From positions 109,429 through 173,428 of the forward strand of contig CAWKOM010000007.1 in NCBI GenBank assembly GCA_963851235.1: a stretch of DNA of 64,000 nucleotides, read 5' to 3'. The position numbers and the translations under genes are program-made. Source of the DNA: an uncultured Acidobacteriota bacterium. Its GTDB lineage: Bacteria; Acidobacteriota; Terriglobia; Acidiferrales; UBA7541. The notes beneath the pieces were generated by a model. The model did no database searches, was not told where the DNA came from, and saw only the letters and a program-made list of their open reading frames with translations. Shown one piece after another: positions 9,637-20,087 of the stretch. The number at the start of each line of letters is the position of its first letter. Within the stretch, counting starts at the first letter, position 1.

Positions 9637-12600
9637 ATGCTCGCTCATCGAAAGTCTACATTGGTGTCTGGAGCCGGCAACAGACCGAAGACTGACTACG
9701 TCACGACGCTCTTTGTCGCGATGGCTTGTGTAGCAGTCTTGATCATGTCTGGTTGCGCGGGAGTCGTGTCGCAGGGATCGGCAACCCAAACGCAGCCAAC
9801 AACACTAACGATATCTCTATCCTCTTTGCCTAACGGGCAGGTTAGCTCCGCATGGTCGGCTACACTGACGGCGACAGGTGGCACAGCACCGTACTCTTGG
9901 CAGGCAGCACCAGGTACTTCGCTTCCAGCATGGATGACTCTCAATGCCAGCACAGGGCAGATGAGCGGCATTCCGACACAAGCTGGCACAATTACGATCT
10001 CAATTCAAGTGAATGACTCTAGTGCCATTCCCCACACAGCCAACAAAACTTTCACAGTCACCATTTCAGCAGCTTCGAGCACGGTTTCGGTCACAACGGC
10101 TTCCCTCGCCAACGGCCAAGTGGGAGCAGCGTATTCGGCAACAGTTGCAGCCACAGGCGGGACGACTCCCTATAGCTGGTCCATCAGCTCAGGATCTTTG
10201 CCCACAAGCCTCAGCCTGAATTCTTCCAGCGGTCAAATCACCGGAACGCCGGGCGCGGCTGGTTCTTTTACCTTCACAGTACAGGTGAAGGATTCCAGCT
10301 CCACTCCTCAAACAGCCAATAAGTCCTTTACGGTCAATATCTCAGCGGCCTCGAGCACCGTTTCCATCACGACTTCTTCGCTCGCCAATGGTCAAGTCGG
10401 AACGGCATATTCGGCAACCGTTGCAGCTTCGGGCGGGGCGACTCCTTATAGCTGGTCCATCAGCTCAGGATCTTTGCCCGCAGGCCTCAGCCTGAATTCT
10501 TCCAGCGGTCAAATCACCGGAACGCCGGGCGCGGCTGGCTCTTTTACCTTCACAGTACAGGTGAAGGATTCCAGCTCCACTCCTCAAACAGCCAATAAGT
10601 CCTTTACGGTCAATATCTCGGCGGCCTCGAGCACCGTTTCCATCACGACTTCTTCGCTCGCCAATGGTCAAGTCGGAACGGCATATTCGGCAACCGTTGC
10701 AGCTTCGGGCGGGGCGACTCCTTATAGCTGGTCCATCAGCTCAGGATCTTTGCCCGCAGGCCTCAGCTTGAATTCTTCCAGCGGTCAAATCACCGGAGCG
10801 CCGGGCGCGGCTGGCTCTTTTACCTTCACAGTACAGGTGAAGGATTCCAGCGCCACTCCTCAAACAGCCAATAAGTCCTTCACGGTTACAATTGTGGCGG
10901 TTGGCCCGACTCCGCTTTCGATCGTGACGACAGCACTGCCGAACGGACAAGCAAGCGTCCGGTACTCGGCCTCGCCGACGGCAACGGGGGGCACACCACC
11001 ATACAGCTGGTCAGTTAGTTCGGGTTCGTTGCCACCAGGGCTGACCCTGAACACAACGACTGCACTGATCTCTGGAACCCCAAGCCAGGCGGGAAGCTAC
11101 CCATTCACGATTCAAGTGAAGGATTCCACGGCCACTCCCCAAACTGCCAGCCAGCCCTTCACGGTAACCATCGGGACCGCAACCGCAGGCACGCCAGTGA
11201 CGGCCTGCGGCACTCTCTCCAATGCGGGAACGACCTATACCCTACAGAATGATGTCAGTTCCTCCGGTACATGCATGTTGATAGGTGCCGACAATGTGAC
11301 GTTTGATCTTAACGGACATACGATCACCTACGACACGGGCGGAAGCTCCTCCGTCTATGGCGTTACGGACACTGATCCAAACACAATCCTTGGCACGCAT
11401 ATCACGTCATCGAACGGCCAGGGCAACATCCAGATGAGCAACGCAGCCTGCTATGTGGATTTGACGACCGGGCCAGGACAAGGTTTGTGCGCCACTTCTC
11501 ATGCGGTTTGGATTCGCGATGGCGAAGTCGATCATTTGACCTTGACGTATTACGGAGAAGACAGCCACGGCATATACCTCTATTACGGCTCGACAGCGAA
11601 TGTCCACGACAACATTCTCTATCCGAATCACACGAAGGCGGCACTGACTCACTATGTTGAGCAGGGCGAGATTGAGATTTTTTATATCTCCGGTCTCATC
11701 ACCGTTCAGAACAATACCATCGGCGCTGTTGGAGGTGGCTACGGGTTAGGTTCGGCCGCGGGCATATTCGTTTCGCACCCGAACACTACGAGCAGGATGG
11801 CCGAGATTTATAACAACAATTTGAAGATGGCAGCGGCGGTTCATGATGGTTACGCCATTCTTATTGGTTGTGGAAATTCTCCATCGTCATTCGAGGTTTC
11901 AGGGAACACGATCAATGAAGCCGGGCGCGGCATACTCATCGACAACTACAGCACGAATAACGCTACCGGGTGCACTGGTGTCTATGGCGGCACGGTTCAC
12001 GACAACAATGTGACTGTCAACGAAAGTCCAGACCCAGAAGGAGCTGCCGATGCGGTCGGGATTCAGGCTCGCGGGGGAGCGAACAATGTGGACGTGTATC
12101 ACAACACGGTTACGCTCAATGTTGGGAGCGGAGCGTGCCCGCCGCATTTCTATACCGACACAGGCTCGGACTGTGAGGGCCTCGCCATCAAGCTGTTGGT
12201 TATCGCCTCACAGGGCGGAGCGAACCTCGTGGCGCATGACAATACAGTCGTGGCGAACACAAACACTACCACGATTACCCTTGGAGCGACGGGACTCTAC
12301 GGGGATGGCATTGCGGATAGCGGCTCATCCTTCTACAACAACAGCGTGACGGGGAATTCCATCCTGACAAGCGTGAATGGCGTGGATGGATGCGGCGACA
12401 ACTGGCTGTTCAGAAATAACACGCTGTCTAGTTCGACTCCGCTTCAGACGTTTATGACGCTCGGGAACCTGGCCTACTGCAACACAGGTTCCTCGACGGC
12501 TCACGACACGAACAACATTGTGTTGCAGGACAACACTTACGCGGGAAGCGCCGGACAGGACGACATCGGGGAAAGTTACGCCGGCTCCGGCAATCCATTC

Positions 12601-12897
12601 AGCTACTATGTGAAATGGTCTTACAACGTCACGGTGCTGAACGGAGCGACTCCGGTTTCCGGCGTCACGGTGACAGCCGTGGCAACGGGCGGCGGGACGG
12701 AAACAGTTTCGGGGACGACAAATTCAAGCGGGCAGGCTACTCTGGTGCTGACGAATCATTATGTCACAGGCACGACCGCTCCCGGCACACAGACAAACTT
12801 CACTCCACATAATGTAACTTATAGTGGAAATGGCTGCTCTGGATCAACGACTGTGAATATTACTGCTACGACGAGCGTAACATTGCCATGCACTTAA
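9637..12897 (+). CDS. Putative lipoprotein with five He_PIG (putative Ig) domains followed by a parallel beta-helix domain and Ig tail
   Basis: 1086-aa ORF; lipobox-like VLIMSG-C; repeats ATGGT.PYSWS..SGSLP.GL.LN..SG.I.GTP..AGS.TFT.QV.DS; TFDLNGHTITY beta-helix start. True start may be a few codons downstream. Confidence 0.8.
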   Translation: MLAHRKSTLVSGAGNRPKTDYVTTLFVAMACVAVLIMSGCAGVVSQGSATQTQPTTLTISLSSLPNGQVSSAWSATLTATGGTAPYSWQAAPGTSLPAWMTLNASTGQMSGIPTQAGTITISIQVNDSSAIPHTANKTFTVTISAASSTVSVTTASLANGQVGAAYSATVAATGGTTPYSWSISSGSLPTSLSLNSSSGQITGTPGAAGSFTFTVQVKDSSSTPQTANKSFTVNISAASSTVSITTSSLANGQVGTAYSATVAASGGATPYSWSISSGSLPAGLSLNSSSGQITGTPGAAGSFTFTVQVKDSSSTPQTANKSFTVNISAASSTVSITTSSLANGQVGTAYSATVAASGGATPYSWSISSGSLPAGLSLNSSSGQITGAPGAAGSFTFTVQVKDSSATPQTANKSFTVTIVAVGPTPLSIVTTALPNGQASVRYSASPTATGGTPPYSWSVSSGSLPPGLTLNTTTALISGTPSQAGSYPFTIQVKDSTATPQTASQPFTVTIGTATAGTPVTACGTLSNAGTTYTLQNDVSSSGTCMLIGADNVTFDLNGHTITYDTGGSSSVYGVTDTDPNTILGTHITSSNGQGNIQMSNAACYVDLTTGPGQGLCATSHAVWIRDGEVDHLTLTYYGEDSHGIYLYYGSTANVHDNILYPNHTKAALTHYVEQGEIEIFYISGLITVQNNTIGAVGGGYGLGSAAGIFVSHPNTTSRMAEIYNNNLKMAAAVHDGYAILIGCGNSPSSFEVSGNTINEAGRGILIDNYSTNNATGCTGVYGGTVHDNNVTVNESPDPEGAADAVGIQARGGANNVDVYHNTVTLNVGSGACPPHFYTDTGSDCEGLAIKLLVIASQGGANLVAHDNTVVANTNTTTITLGATGLYGDGIADSGSSFYNNSVTGNSILTSVNGVDGCGDNWLFRNNTLSSSTPLQTFMTLGNLAYCNTGSSTAHDTNNIVLQDNTYAGSAGQDDIGESYAGSGNPFSYYVKWSYNVTVLNGATPVSGVTVTAVATGGGTETVSGTTNSSGQATLVLTNHYVTGTTAPGTQTNFTPHNVTYSGNGCSGSTTVNITATTSVTLPCT
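10072..10899. repeat. Three near-identical 276-bp (92-aa) He_PIG-coding units
   Basis: gc(t/c)tcgagcac recurs at 10072, 10348, 10624. Confidence 0.9.
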
Positions 12898-13153
12898 ATT
12901 TAAGTCTCGACGGTGCTTAACGAATTCCACATGTTCAGTACCACCAGCGGAGTGACAAAACAGATGAGCACTCCACACTCGATCTCGGTAACGGCGACGG
13001 GCTGCTCGATGAGTCCAAATCCGTTTACCGCCGCGGTTTCCCAGACTACTAGTCAAACCGTTACCTGCCAGTAGGCGAGTCACCTTCGAAACTGCGTAGC
13101 CGTTCGGGCTAAATACAGGCCGGTCAATGTTTGGGGCAATTCGCCGATGAGTT

Positions 13154-14110
13154 TCACCGGCCGGTTTCTGTTTGATGCCTTATCAAGCGGCGGCAAGCCC
13201 GCATGAGGTTTCGCAGAGGGGCAAGCACCTGAGAGGGAATGTACGCCACCCCCAGAAGCAACCAGGCCTTCGCGCTCAAGGGTTTATAGCCCACAGCCCG
13301 CCGCAACTTTGCTCTCGCACGGTCCAATGCCAGAATCCGTAGATCGTCTTTGCCCCGCCTGAAGCAAACGCGAAACTTGGCCTCGCGCATCAAATCGGGC
13401 CGCGCAGCCAGCTTCGAGATTTGCCGCTCGACTTTGTCAAAGTTAATAAACAGGTCGTCGAATTGTTTCTCGAGATTCGTGTGACTGTAGTTCTGCCCAT
13501 GGCGCCGATAGTGCAACAAGACTTCGTTCTGGAAAAAAACTTGATAGTGGGCGGCGATCCGCATCCACATGATCCAGTCCTCTCCCCTGACGAAAGGGTC
13601 TTCGTCAAAAAAACCGACTTTGTCGAAACACTCACGGCGGACAAGTACGCAGGAATTGGCGATCCAGTTGTCAAAAAGCAGGGCTTCGAGAACGAATCCA
13701 CTGGGGATGAATTTATGAGCCGCAGCCGACTGCTCGGTAATGCCGGTATGATCGAACGTGGCCGCGTCAGCGGTAATGATGCCGTATTCCGGATGGGCTA
13801 GCGCGACTGCTACTTGCCTCTCAAGTTTGGAAGGCACCCAAATATCATCGGCGTCGAGAAAGGCGATGAAAGAGCCCCGTGCAATCTCCAATCCCCGATT
13901 GCGGCTTGAGGCCGGGCCACCATGACTGTTCTTGAGAAGAATCAGGCGATCCCGGTACGCATCCAGGACGCTTAGTGTTCCATCTGTCGAGCCGTCGTCG
14001 ATGACAACAACTTCAAAATCACGGAAAGTCTGGGAGTACACGCTCTCCAAAGCCTGACCAATGAATTTTTCACCGTTGTAGACAGGAATGATTACGCTCA
14101 CTAGAGGCAT
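13154..14110 (-). CDS. Glycosyltransferase family 2
   Basis: VSVIIPVYN, VIDDGSTDGT, FLDADD (DxD), EDWIMW motifs. Confidence 0.92.
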   Translation of the reverse strand: MPLVSVIIPVYNGEKFIGQALESVYSQTFRDFEVVVIDDGSTDGTLSVLDAYRDRLILLKNSHGGPASSRNRGLEIARGSFIAFLDADDIWVPSKLERQVAVALAHPEYGIITADAATFDHTGITEQSAAAHKFIPSGFVLEALLFDNWIANSCVLVRRECFDKVGFFDEDPFVRGEDWIMWMRIAAHYQVFFQNEVLLHYRRHGQNYSHTNLEKQFDDLFINFDKVERQISKLAARPDLMREAKFRVCFRRGKDDLRILALDRARAKLRRAVGYKPLSAKAWLLLGVAYIPSQVLAPLRNLMRACRRLIRHQTETGR

Positions 14111-14131
14111 TTAAAGGGGCTTCTCCAATTC

Positions 14132-15739
14132 CTAATTCGCGTTTGGAGGCGCGGGCCCAACGACCGCCGAGTTCGGTGAGCGCGGAGCGAACAATCCCGC
14201 CGCGTAAAGCTTGAGTTGTCCACGTTCCTCAGCGTCTAATCCAAGAATTATCAAGAACGGCAGATAGAGAATCAGCCCGCCGATACCTGCTAGGCCAAGG
14301 GTCAGATAAGAATGCACTGGTATGAAGTGCCTTGTGATCAGGGCCCCGCCACTAAACGCAAGAGTTGGCAAGATCGTTGGCAAAATAGAAGTCTTCAGAT
14401 AGTCCATCCAGCGCACGTGAAACACTTTGAGCATGGCATTGGGGAAAAACCAGCCCCGAATCGTCACAGCCGCGAGGGTTGTTCCGGCTGCTACGCCGTA
14501 AATCCCAAAGTGTCTGACAAGGAAAATGCTGCCAGCGAGATTCAAGAGCGCCTCGGCGCCTGTGCACCAGACGTTTAAGCGATGTTTACCCAGGCCAAAC
14601 AAGAGGTGCGCACCTATATTTTCCGTCAATGAAAAGAACAAGCCGATAGTAAGAATCAGCACTACCTTTCCAGAGCGCACGGCGTACTCGTTACCCATCC
14701 ATAAGCGAATGAAGTCGGTGCCCAAACAAAGCAAGGAAGCGCAGCCGAGGTAAGCAAGCAACAGGGTGAATTTGCTGCCACGAGTCAAGAGCCGACTGAC
14801 TCCATGAGAGTGTCCCTTTGCATCAAGATGGCTTGCCAGGGGCGCCACAATCATCGAACTGGCATTAATCAGGTCGCGCAGATACTTGATGAGATTGAAG
14901 CCAATCACGTAAAAGGCAATTTCCTGGACGGGCAAAAAAGCTGCAATCACTATCGCGTCAATCTCGTAGTTTATCCCAACTCCTAGTCCGATGAGCATGG
15001 AGTAACTGCTGTGGCTAAAGATAGGTTTCAGAAACTTTCCGCGGAGGGTTCTCCACGAAATGCGAAGTTCCGGCAAAAGGCGGCGCACAAAGTACACCTC
15101 AATGCCATGACCCACCAGAGAGGCACACAGCTGCACGAGGGCAAGGGACACCAGCCCGTACCCTTTCTCCAGGACGGTGACGATCAAGCAAGCCCGAAAA
15201 ATCAAGACACCCACGGAGATCAGATTACGAAGGTCCCAACGGGAAAGCCCGGCAAGACTCCCCTGGAAGGTGGCAAAAACAAAGTCCGACGCCAAAATAG
15301 CCGTAGCAATGAGGAGGGTGTTTCTTGCTTCCGGCAGAAGGACGATCGGTATATGAAAGTGAGGGAGGATGAAAAAAGCAGTCAGGAGGCCGCCAGCAAG
15401 ACAAAGCAAAGCGAACCCCGCATATAGCTGCAAGGTCGAGCTCATCAATTCATTGAGGCTCTCGTGATCTTCTTGAGCCCGGAGGCGGGAGACAAACCTT
15501 ACGAGAGCGGATCTTAGTCCGACATCGACAACGCCCATGTACCCGGTTAGCTGGAGCATCAGAGCCCAAATGCCATAGGCAGTGTTTCCCAGCCGGTGCA
15601 CAACAAATGGCGCGAGGAAGAAGCTGATTACGAGATTTACCGCTAGGCCGAACCAATTGCTTAACACGCTCCGGGCGATCCAAGACGCCGACGTTGGTGA
15701 CTTGCCTGGCTTGTTCGAACTTGTTTTCAAAGTTTCCAT
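14132..15739 (-). CDS. wzx: Wzx-type oligosaccharide flippase / polysaccharide biosynthesis transporter
   Basis: Many TM helices; LG..AYGIW, D.GL..ALVRFVS, FG..GVAAGT motifs of the MOP/PST family; EPS context. Confidence 0.88.
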   Translation of the reverse strand: METLKTSSNKPGKSPTSASWIARSVLSNWFGLAVNLVISFFLAPFVVHRLGNTAYGIWALMLQLTGYMGVVDVGLRSALVRFVSRLRAQEDHESLNELMSSTLQLYAGFALLCLAGGLLTAFFILPHFHIPIVLLPEARNTLLIATAILASDFVFATFQGSLAGLSRWDLRNLISVGVLIFRACLIVTVLEKGYGLVSLALVQLCASLVGHGIEVYFVRRLLPELRISWRTLRGKFLKPIFSHSSYSMLIGLGVGINYEIDAIVIAAFLPVQEIAFYVIGFNLIKYLRDLINASSMIVAPLASHLDAKGHSHGVSRLLTRGSKFTLLLAYLGCASLLCLGTDFIRLWMGNEYAVRSGKVVLILTIGLFFSLTENIGAHLLFGLGKHRLNVWCTGAEALLNLAGSIFLVRHFGIYGVAAGTTLAAVTIRGWFFPNAMLKVFHVRWMDYLKTSILPTILPTLAFSGGALITRHFIPVHSYLTLGLAGIGGLILYLPFLIILGLDAEERGQLKLYAAGLFAPRSPNSAVVGPAPPNAN

Positions 15740-15883
15740 CAGACTTGACGTCCCAAAATCTTATCTCAGTCGAACTACCGCGGACTTTCCCGTGCGTCAC
15801 TGCCACTGATTAAGAGGGACACCAAGCCGTAGAAGAAGCACCAGCAAGGGCCTGAAGGAGCTCGGCGGTCCAGGAACTTCGAT

Positions 15884-17113
15884 TCAGCGAACTGCAGCTT
15901 GACTTTCAAGTGCACTGGATTTCCGTAGAAGTTCAATTCCCAGCCCCCAGATTTCGATATTGCAACGTTCCGTGGTTAAAGGAGTTGCTACTTCGCGGGA
16001 GCGCTCGCCGATAACACGAGCCTCCTCCGGATGATTCCACAGGAAGGCTAGTGCGCCACGCAACGCATCGCTATCGCCGGGGGGAACCAGTATCCCTGTT
16101 TTTCCGTCTTCGATGTAGTCGGCTCCGCCTTGTGGATCCGTAAGAATAACGGGCTTGCCCATGTACATCGCATTTAAGAAGGTTTGTTGCCCCCCAGTTC
16201 GCAGCAGATCAGCCTGCATCGGTACGACGACGATCCGTGAATCCGCCATGAGTTGTCGGAATTCCGATGGGGTTGCTCCGACGACTTGGACATTGGACGG
16301 AACACTCTTTCCCCTCAATAATCCGGGTAAAGTGGTCGCCACGATGCACCGCACCGGAAGGTCGCGAACGGATTCGAGAAATGGCCCGTAATCGCGGTCG
16401 GAATTTCCCCCCGCAAAGATGTAGCCTTTGTCCCCAACCTCGAAGGTGTAATTACGAAGCGAATGGTGATGAGGGACAAAAACGAACTTTTCGCGAGGGA
16501 CGTTGTAAGCTTTCGAGTACCTGGCTGCTTCAGCGCTCGCCCAAACGACGCATCGGTCAACTTGCCGCAAGCAGGCTCGCATCCAGAGACGCTTCATCCA
16601 GCTGCCGCCGTACCACATGCAGTCATACATCAGTTGAAATGGCCGGCGGCGGCCTCGGAATTTCTGTAAGAAGCCAAAAGCGAGACCATCGAGCGTCCCG
16701 GTGGTTACTACCACGGAATATCTGGAGGACGCTCGAAAGAGAGCCCAGGCGCGCCGCAGTGCCTGGCTTTTGACCGCCAGGCTGGAAAGATGCATCGAGC
16801 GCCAGGCTTTTTCCCACCAGACGTCTTTGCGGAAGTCCAATACGGTAGTGCGATTTTGTAACTCCGGCGGAAGAGCATGTGGACCATATGCGAGAAAGTC
16901 CTGTTGTAGAGCGCGAGAGTCCAACGCGTGTAAGCGTTCCTCTTTCGGTGAATGCAGGATCGGAGGATGTCCGACACCGATTCCGAATCTCTGGGAGGGG
17001 GGCTTGCTAATATCACCCATCAGCCAGGCGGGGAAGAACCGCAGTTTGTTCCAGTTACCAATCGAAGATGTGCCTGCTACCCGCGTCCGCCGGCCGGCTG
17101 GATGGACAATCAT
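15884..17113 (-). CDS. Glycosyltransferase, GT-B fold (GT4-like)
   Basis: FAGGNSDRDY, AMYMGKPVILTD, IEDGKTGILVPPGD motifs; ATGA overlap with upstream gene. Confidence 0.82.
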   Translation of the reverse strand: MIVHPAGRRTRVAGTSSIGNWNKLRFFPAWLMGDISKPPSQRFGIGVGHPPILHSPKEERLHALDSRALQQDFLAYGPHALPPELQNRTTVLDFRKDVWWEKAWRSMHLSSLAVKSQALRRAWALFRASSRYSVVVTTGTLDGLAFGFLQKFRGRRRPFQLMYDCMWYGGSWMKRLWMRACLRQVDRCVVWASAEAARYSKAYNVPREKFVFVPHHHSLRNYTFEVGDKGYIFAGGNSDRDYGPFLESVRDLPVRCIVATTLPGLLRGKSVPSNVQVVGATPSEFRQLMADSRIVVVPMQADLLRTGGQQTFLNAMYMGKPVILTDPQGGADYIEDGKTGILVPPGDSDALRGALAFLWNHPEEARVIGERSREVATPLTTERCNIEIWGLGIELLRKSSALESQAAVR

Positions 17114-18507
17114 TGCGAGCCAACCTGGGATTCGACAGGAGTCGCGGCTGCTTGCCGGGCCACGTGAGAGATGCAGAACCGTGTCTTGCCAGAACGTTCG
17201 CGTTCAATATCGCCCACAGGTTCGAATTCCCAGTGGAGCGTGGTTCCAAAACGAATGGCCAAGCGCTTCGACAGCAAATCAAGATCAATCTGTCCAAAGT
17301 TCTCGCCAGGGACGAAGCGCACTCGGAAGTTTTGAAGCGTCTCCTGGATAATTTGCAACTTTTTGAAGCCCGGGCAGTCTTCCGCTATCAAACGATGCAG
17401 GCTAACACCGGGAACCTGATCGCCATTCGGAAGCGTAAACATATCCGCCACACGGCCAAGAATGCGCCCAATGAGCGGGTATCCACGGCCGCATTTACAA
17501 CTTTGCTCGCTCAGTAGAGCGCAATCATTGATCTTGTACCGGATGAATGGCATTCCGTCGTTTAGCAAGTCGGTGATCAAAATTTCGCAGAGGCCGGGAA
17601 CCTCGCTGTGCCGGATCGGAATAAACTCCAAGTATGCAGAATAGGGATTTAAATGTAGCCCCTGATGATACTCGCATTCTGCTGCGATCATCCCTGACTC
17701 CCGGCTTCCGTACAGCTCGAAAACGGGACACCCCAGGACGGCTTCAATTATCGCGCGTTGTTCAGAGAGCAACGGCTCCGCGGTGCAAATAGCTCCTCGC
17801 GGCCGATGGAAACTCTTTCCACATCCGCGCAAATATTCGCAGAATAGGGCCAAGGGCGTAGGATAGGCGTAGATGATTCGCGGGCGCGTTTCGTCGAGTC
17901 TCTTCCGAAACGACTCCATCACCTCTTCGTTTAGCAAAGATGCGGGAGCCCAAACCCGGCGGTTCACATAGCGGTCATAGAGCTTCCAACGCCAGCTCGG
18001 ATTTGTCGCCAGATCTACTCTCGCACCCCACAAGTAGAAAACATTGTCACCCGGCCACATTCCCGCCCAACTATTGAATCTGAGATGGACAGCATTTTTC
18101 CGCGAAAGCGATTCAGGTGACCGCAGCAGAGCAACCGGCGTATCCGTTGTCCCTCCCGTGGCGGCAGCAGGCAGTAGTTCACGTCGGTAGCGGCGAGACC
18201 AGAGTTTGTCCTGATGAAGACGCAAATCGTCCCGAGTCAGAACCGGGATCTTCGCAAGATCGGCAGGAGAGAGGATGTCGCGGGGACGTAATCCAGCTTG
18301 ATCGAATCGCTCCCGGTAGAAAGGGGTGGTGTCATAAGCATGTTGAAGGAGGCGAAGCAAAGACTGCCATTGGCGCTGAAGATTTTCCGCCATGGGCAGC
18401 TTTTCCAGCTCTTCGTATTTGCGCATCTCAGCTGCTAAACCCCGGTTAAGTTCGGGCGCACTGATCGGAAGCACGGCATTGACGTAAAGCCAGTTAATGG
18501 CGCGCAA
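17110..18507 (-). CDS. Phenylacetate-CoA ligase family (CapK-like) adenylate-forming enzyme, copy 1
   Basis: TGGTTDTP P-loop, LYGSRE, ITDL.N..MPFIRY, GRVAD. Start reassigned to TTG 18507, with GGAGG 5-6 nt upstream and a short overlap with the previous stop. Confidence 0.85.
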   Translation of the reverse strand: MRAINWLYVNAVLPISAPELNRGLAAEMRKYEELEKLPMAENLQRQWQSLLRLLQHAYDTTPFYRERFDQAGLRPRDILSPADLAKIPVLTRDDLRLHQDKLWSRRYRRELLPAAATGGTTDTPVALLRSPESLSRKNAVHLRFNSWAGMWPGDNVFYLWGARVDLATNPSWRWKLYDRYVNRRVWAPASLLNEEVMESFRKRLDETRPRIIYAYPTPLALFCEYLRGCGKSFHRPRGAICTAEPLLSEQRAIIEAVLGCPVFELYGSRESGMIAAECEYHQGLHLNPYSAYLEFIPIRHSEVPGLCEILITDLLNDGMPFIRYKINDCALLSEQSCKCGRGYPLIGRILGRVADMFTLPNGDQVPGVSLHRLIAEDCPGFKKLQIIQETLQNFRVRFVPGENFGQIDLDLLSKRLAIRFGTTLHWEFEPVGDIERERSGKTRFCISHVARQAAATPVESQVGSQ

Positions 18508-19951
18508 GATTTTCCTCCGGCTGGCTCGGCGTGCTTTCGAGATTGCCCTGCTCCGCAGTTTCGTTGATTGCGAATCGATATTTTCCCGAGATCTCGCTGG
18601 TAATGCTTTCCGTTTCCTCGACTTCGAGCGACGTGCTGCCCCCCACATAGACGGAGAGCCGCTTGCGCAGCTCGCCGGCCGTACCCGGACCATAACCGGA
18701 ACCGGGCACGACGCGGATAACGATTCGGTCGAGCGCCTTCTGAACGAACTGAACCTGACGCACTTCCGACATATCGGCAACCACCAACGTTAGAGCGGGG
18801 CCCGAGATGTGCCTGCCGTCACGGAGCACCAGGAAGTCAGTTGTGCGGCCCTGTACTTCCGAAAGCAAGGGCAGATGACGCTTGCAAGGGCAATTTTGTG
18901 CTTCCGCCCAGGCCGCAACATCACCAATCTCATAGCGGATCAAGGGCATGCTGTAATTCAAAAGATCCGTGATGACAACCTTGCCAGCCGGTTTGGGAAT
19001 CGTTTCATGAGGCACGATTTCAATGACAAAACTCTCCGAACAAACGTGCATTCCCTTGTGGAATTCACACTCGCTTGCAATCACGCTTACTTCTCGGCAG
19101 CCATAGCGGTTGAAAACGCGGCCTTGAAAAGTCTTCTCCAGAAATTCGCGCTGCCCAGGTAGGAGTACTTCGGCTGTCGTAATGATGGCGTCAAAACGGA
19201 TATCTTGAATCCGATTTTGAAGAAGGAAGCGCCCGAATAAAACTGCAGCCTGGGTATAAGCAAGCAAAACTCGCGGGCGTTTGGCTCGCAGTCTGCTGAT
19301 GAATTCTGTCCAGTCCTTTTCTTGGATCGAAGAAGTGTTGAGGAAAATCGATCGATACAAAAGTTCATTACGGAGCCGGTCCCGCCATCCTTGCGAGCCG
19401 CCCTGATCCAGGCGCGATCCCCAGAGCACCGCATGCCAATCTCCGGGACGGAGTCCGGCCCAGCCATTGTGACGAACCGTACTAGCAAATCGGGAAGCGA
19501 AGCGCTCCTTGTCGACATAGAACTGGAGAGGGCTTCCCGTCGATCCACCGGTCTGGTTTCGCACGCGAAGATTCTCAGGAAAGTTCAGAGCTCTCAACTC
19601 CACCCCGTGCTCCTGAATGTCTCTTTTGGATAAAACCGGCAGCGCAGAAAGCTGATCCAGGGAATTCAACCTTTCAATGTCAAAATCAGCTTGGTCCATG
19701 CGTTTTCGATAGAAGAGGCAATTTTCATGCGCGTGACGAAGCAACTTACGCAGGCGCTCGAGTTGCAGGCTGGCCAATGTGGAAGATTGCGCAAACTGCG
19801 TCCCCTCGATTTCGTGAAGATATTGTCGATAGGACGGATGGTCCCGCCTGACCCAGAGCGGAAAAACTGCGTTGCGGACGAACCAAGAGCTGCCCGAAGC
19901 CAGAAGCGATCTGCCTGACCGAATGGAACTCCTTTTCCTCATCAAATACAC
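18494..19951 (-). CDS. Phenylacetate-CoA ligase family (CapK-like) adenylate-forming enzyme, copy 2
   Basis: TGGSTGSP, RYGCRE, ITDLLNYSMPLIRY, GRTTD, SGKYR. Confidence 0.88.
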   Translation of the reverse strand: MYLMRKRSSIRSGRSLLASGSSWFVRNAVFPLWVRRDHPSYRQYLHEIEGTQFAQSSTLASLQLERLRKLLRHAHENCLFYRKRMDQADFDIERLNSLDQLSALPVLSKRDIQEHGVELRALNFPENLRVRNQTGGSTGSPLQFYVDKERFASRFASTVRHNGWAGLRPGDWHAVLWGSRLDQGGSQGWRDRLRNELLYRSIFLNTSSIQEKDWTEFISRLRAKRPRVLLAYTQAAVLFGRFLLQNRIQDIRFDAIITTAEVLLPGQREFLEKTFQGRVFNRYGCREVSVIASECEFHKGMHVCSESFVIEIVPHETIPKPAGKVVITDLLNYSMPLIRYEIGDVAAWAEAQNCPCKRHLPLLSEVQGRTTDFLVLRDGRHISGPALTLVVADMSEVRQVQFVQKALDRIVIRVVPGSGYGPGTAGELRKRLSVYVGGSTSLEVEETESITSEISGKYRFAINETAEQGNLESTPSQPEENLARH

Positions 19952-20087
19952 TCCAGAAAAAATTGCAACGTCCCTGCAACCTCCAGCTGCCAGCCGCCGG
20001 AGGTCAAACAGCTTTCAGAGTAATAAGCCAAAACTCCCGCAGCAAATTGCGTTCGTGACAGACGTAGACCCGCATTGAGATTGACGG

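Noticed and set aside
18508-18780. N-terminal extensions in the ORF track (17110..18780; also 40309, 46797, 51801, 58718, 62326 starts)
   Set aside because: They overlap neighbouring genes or promoters; better RBS-supported starts lie downstream.
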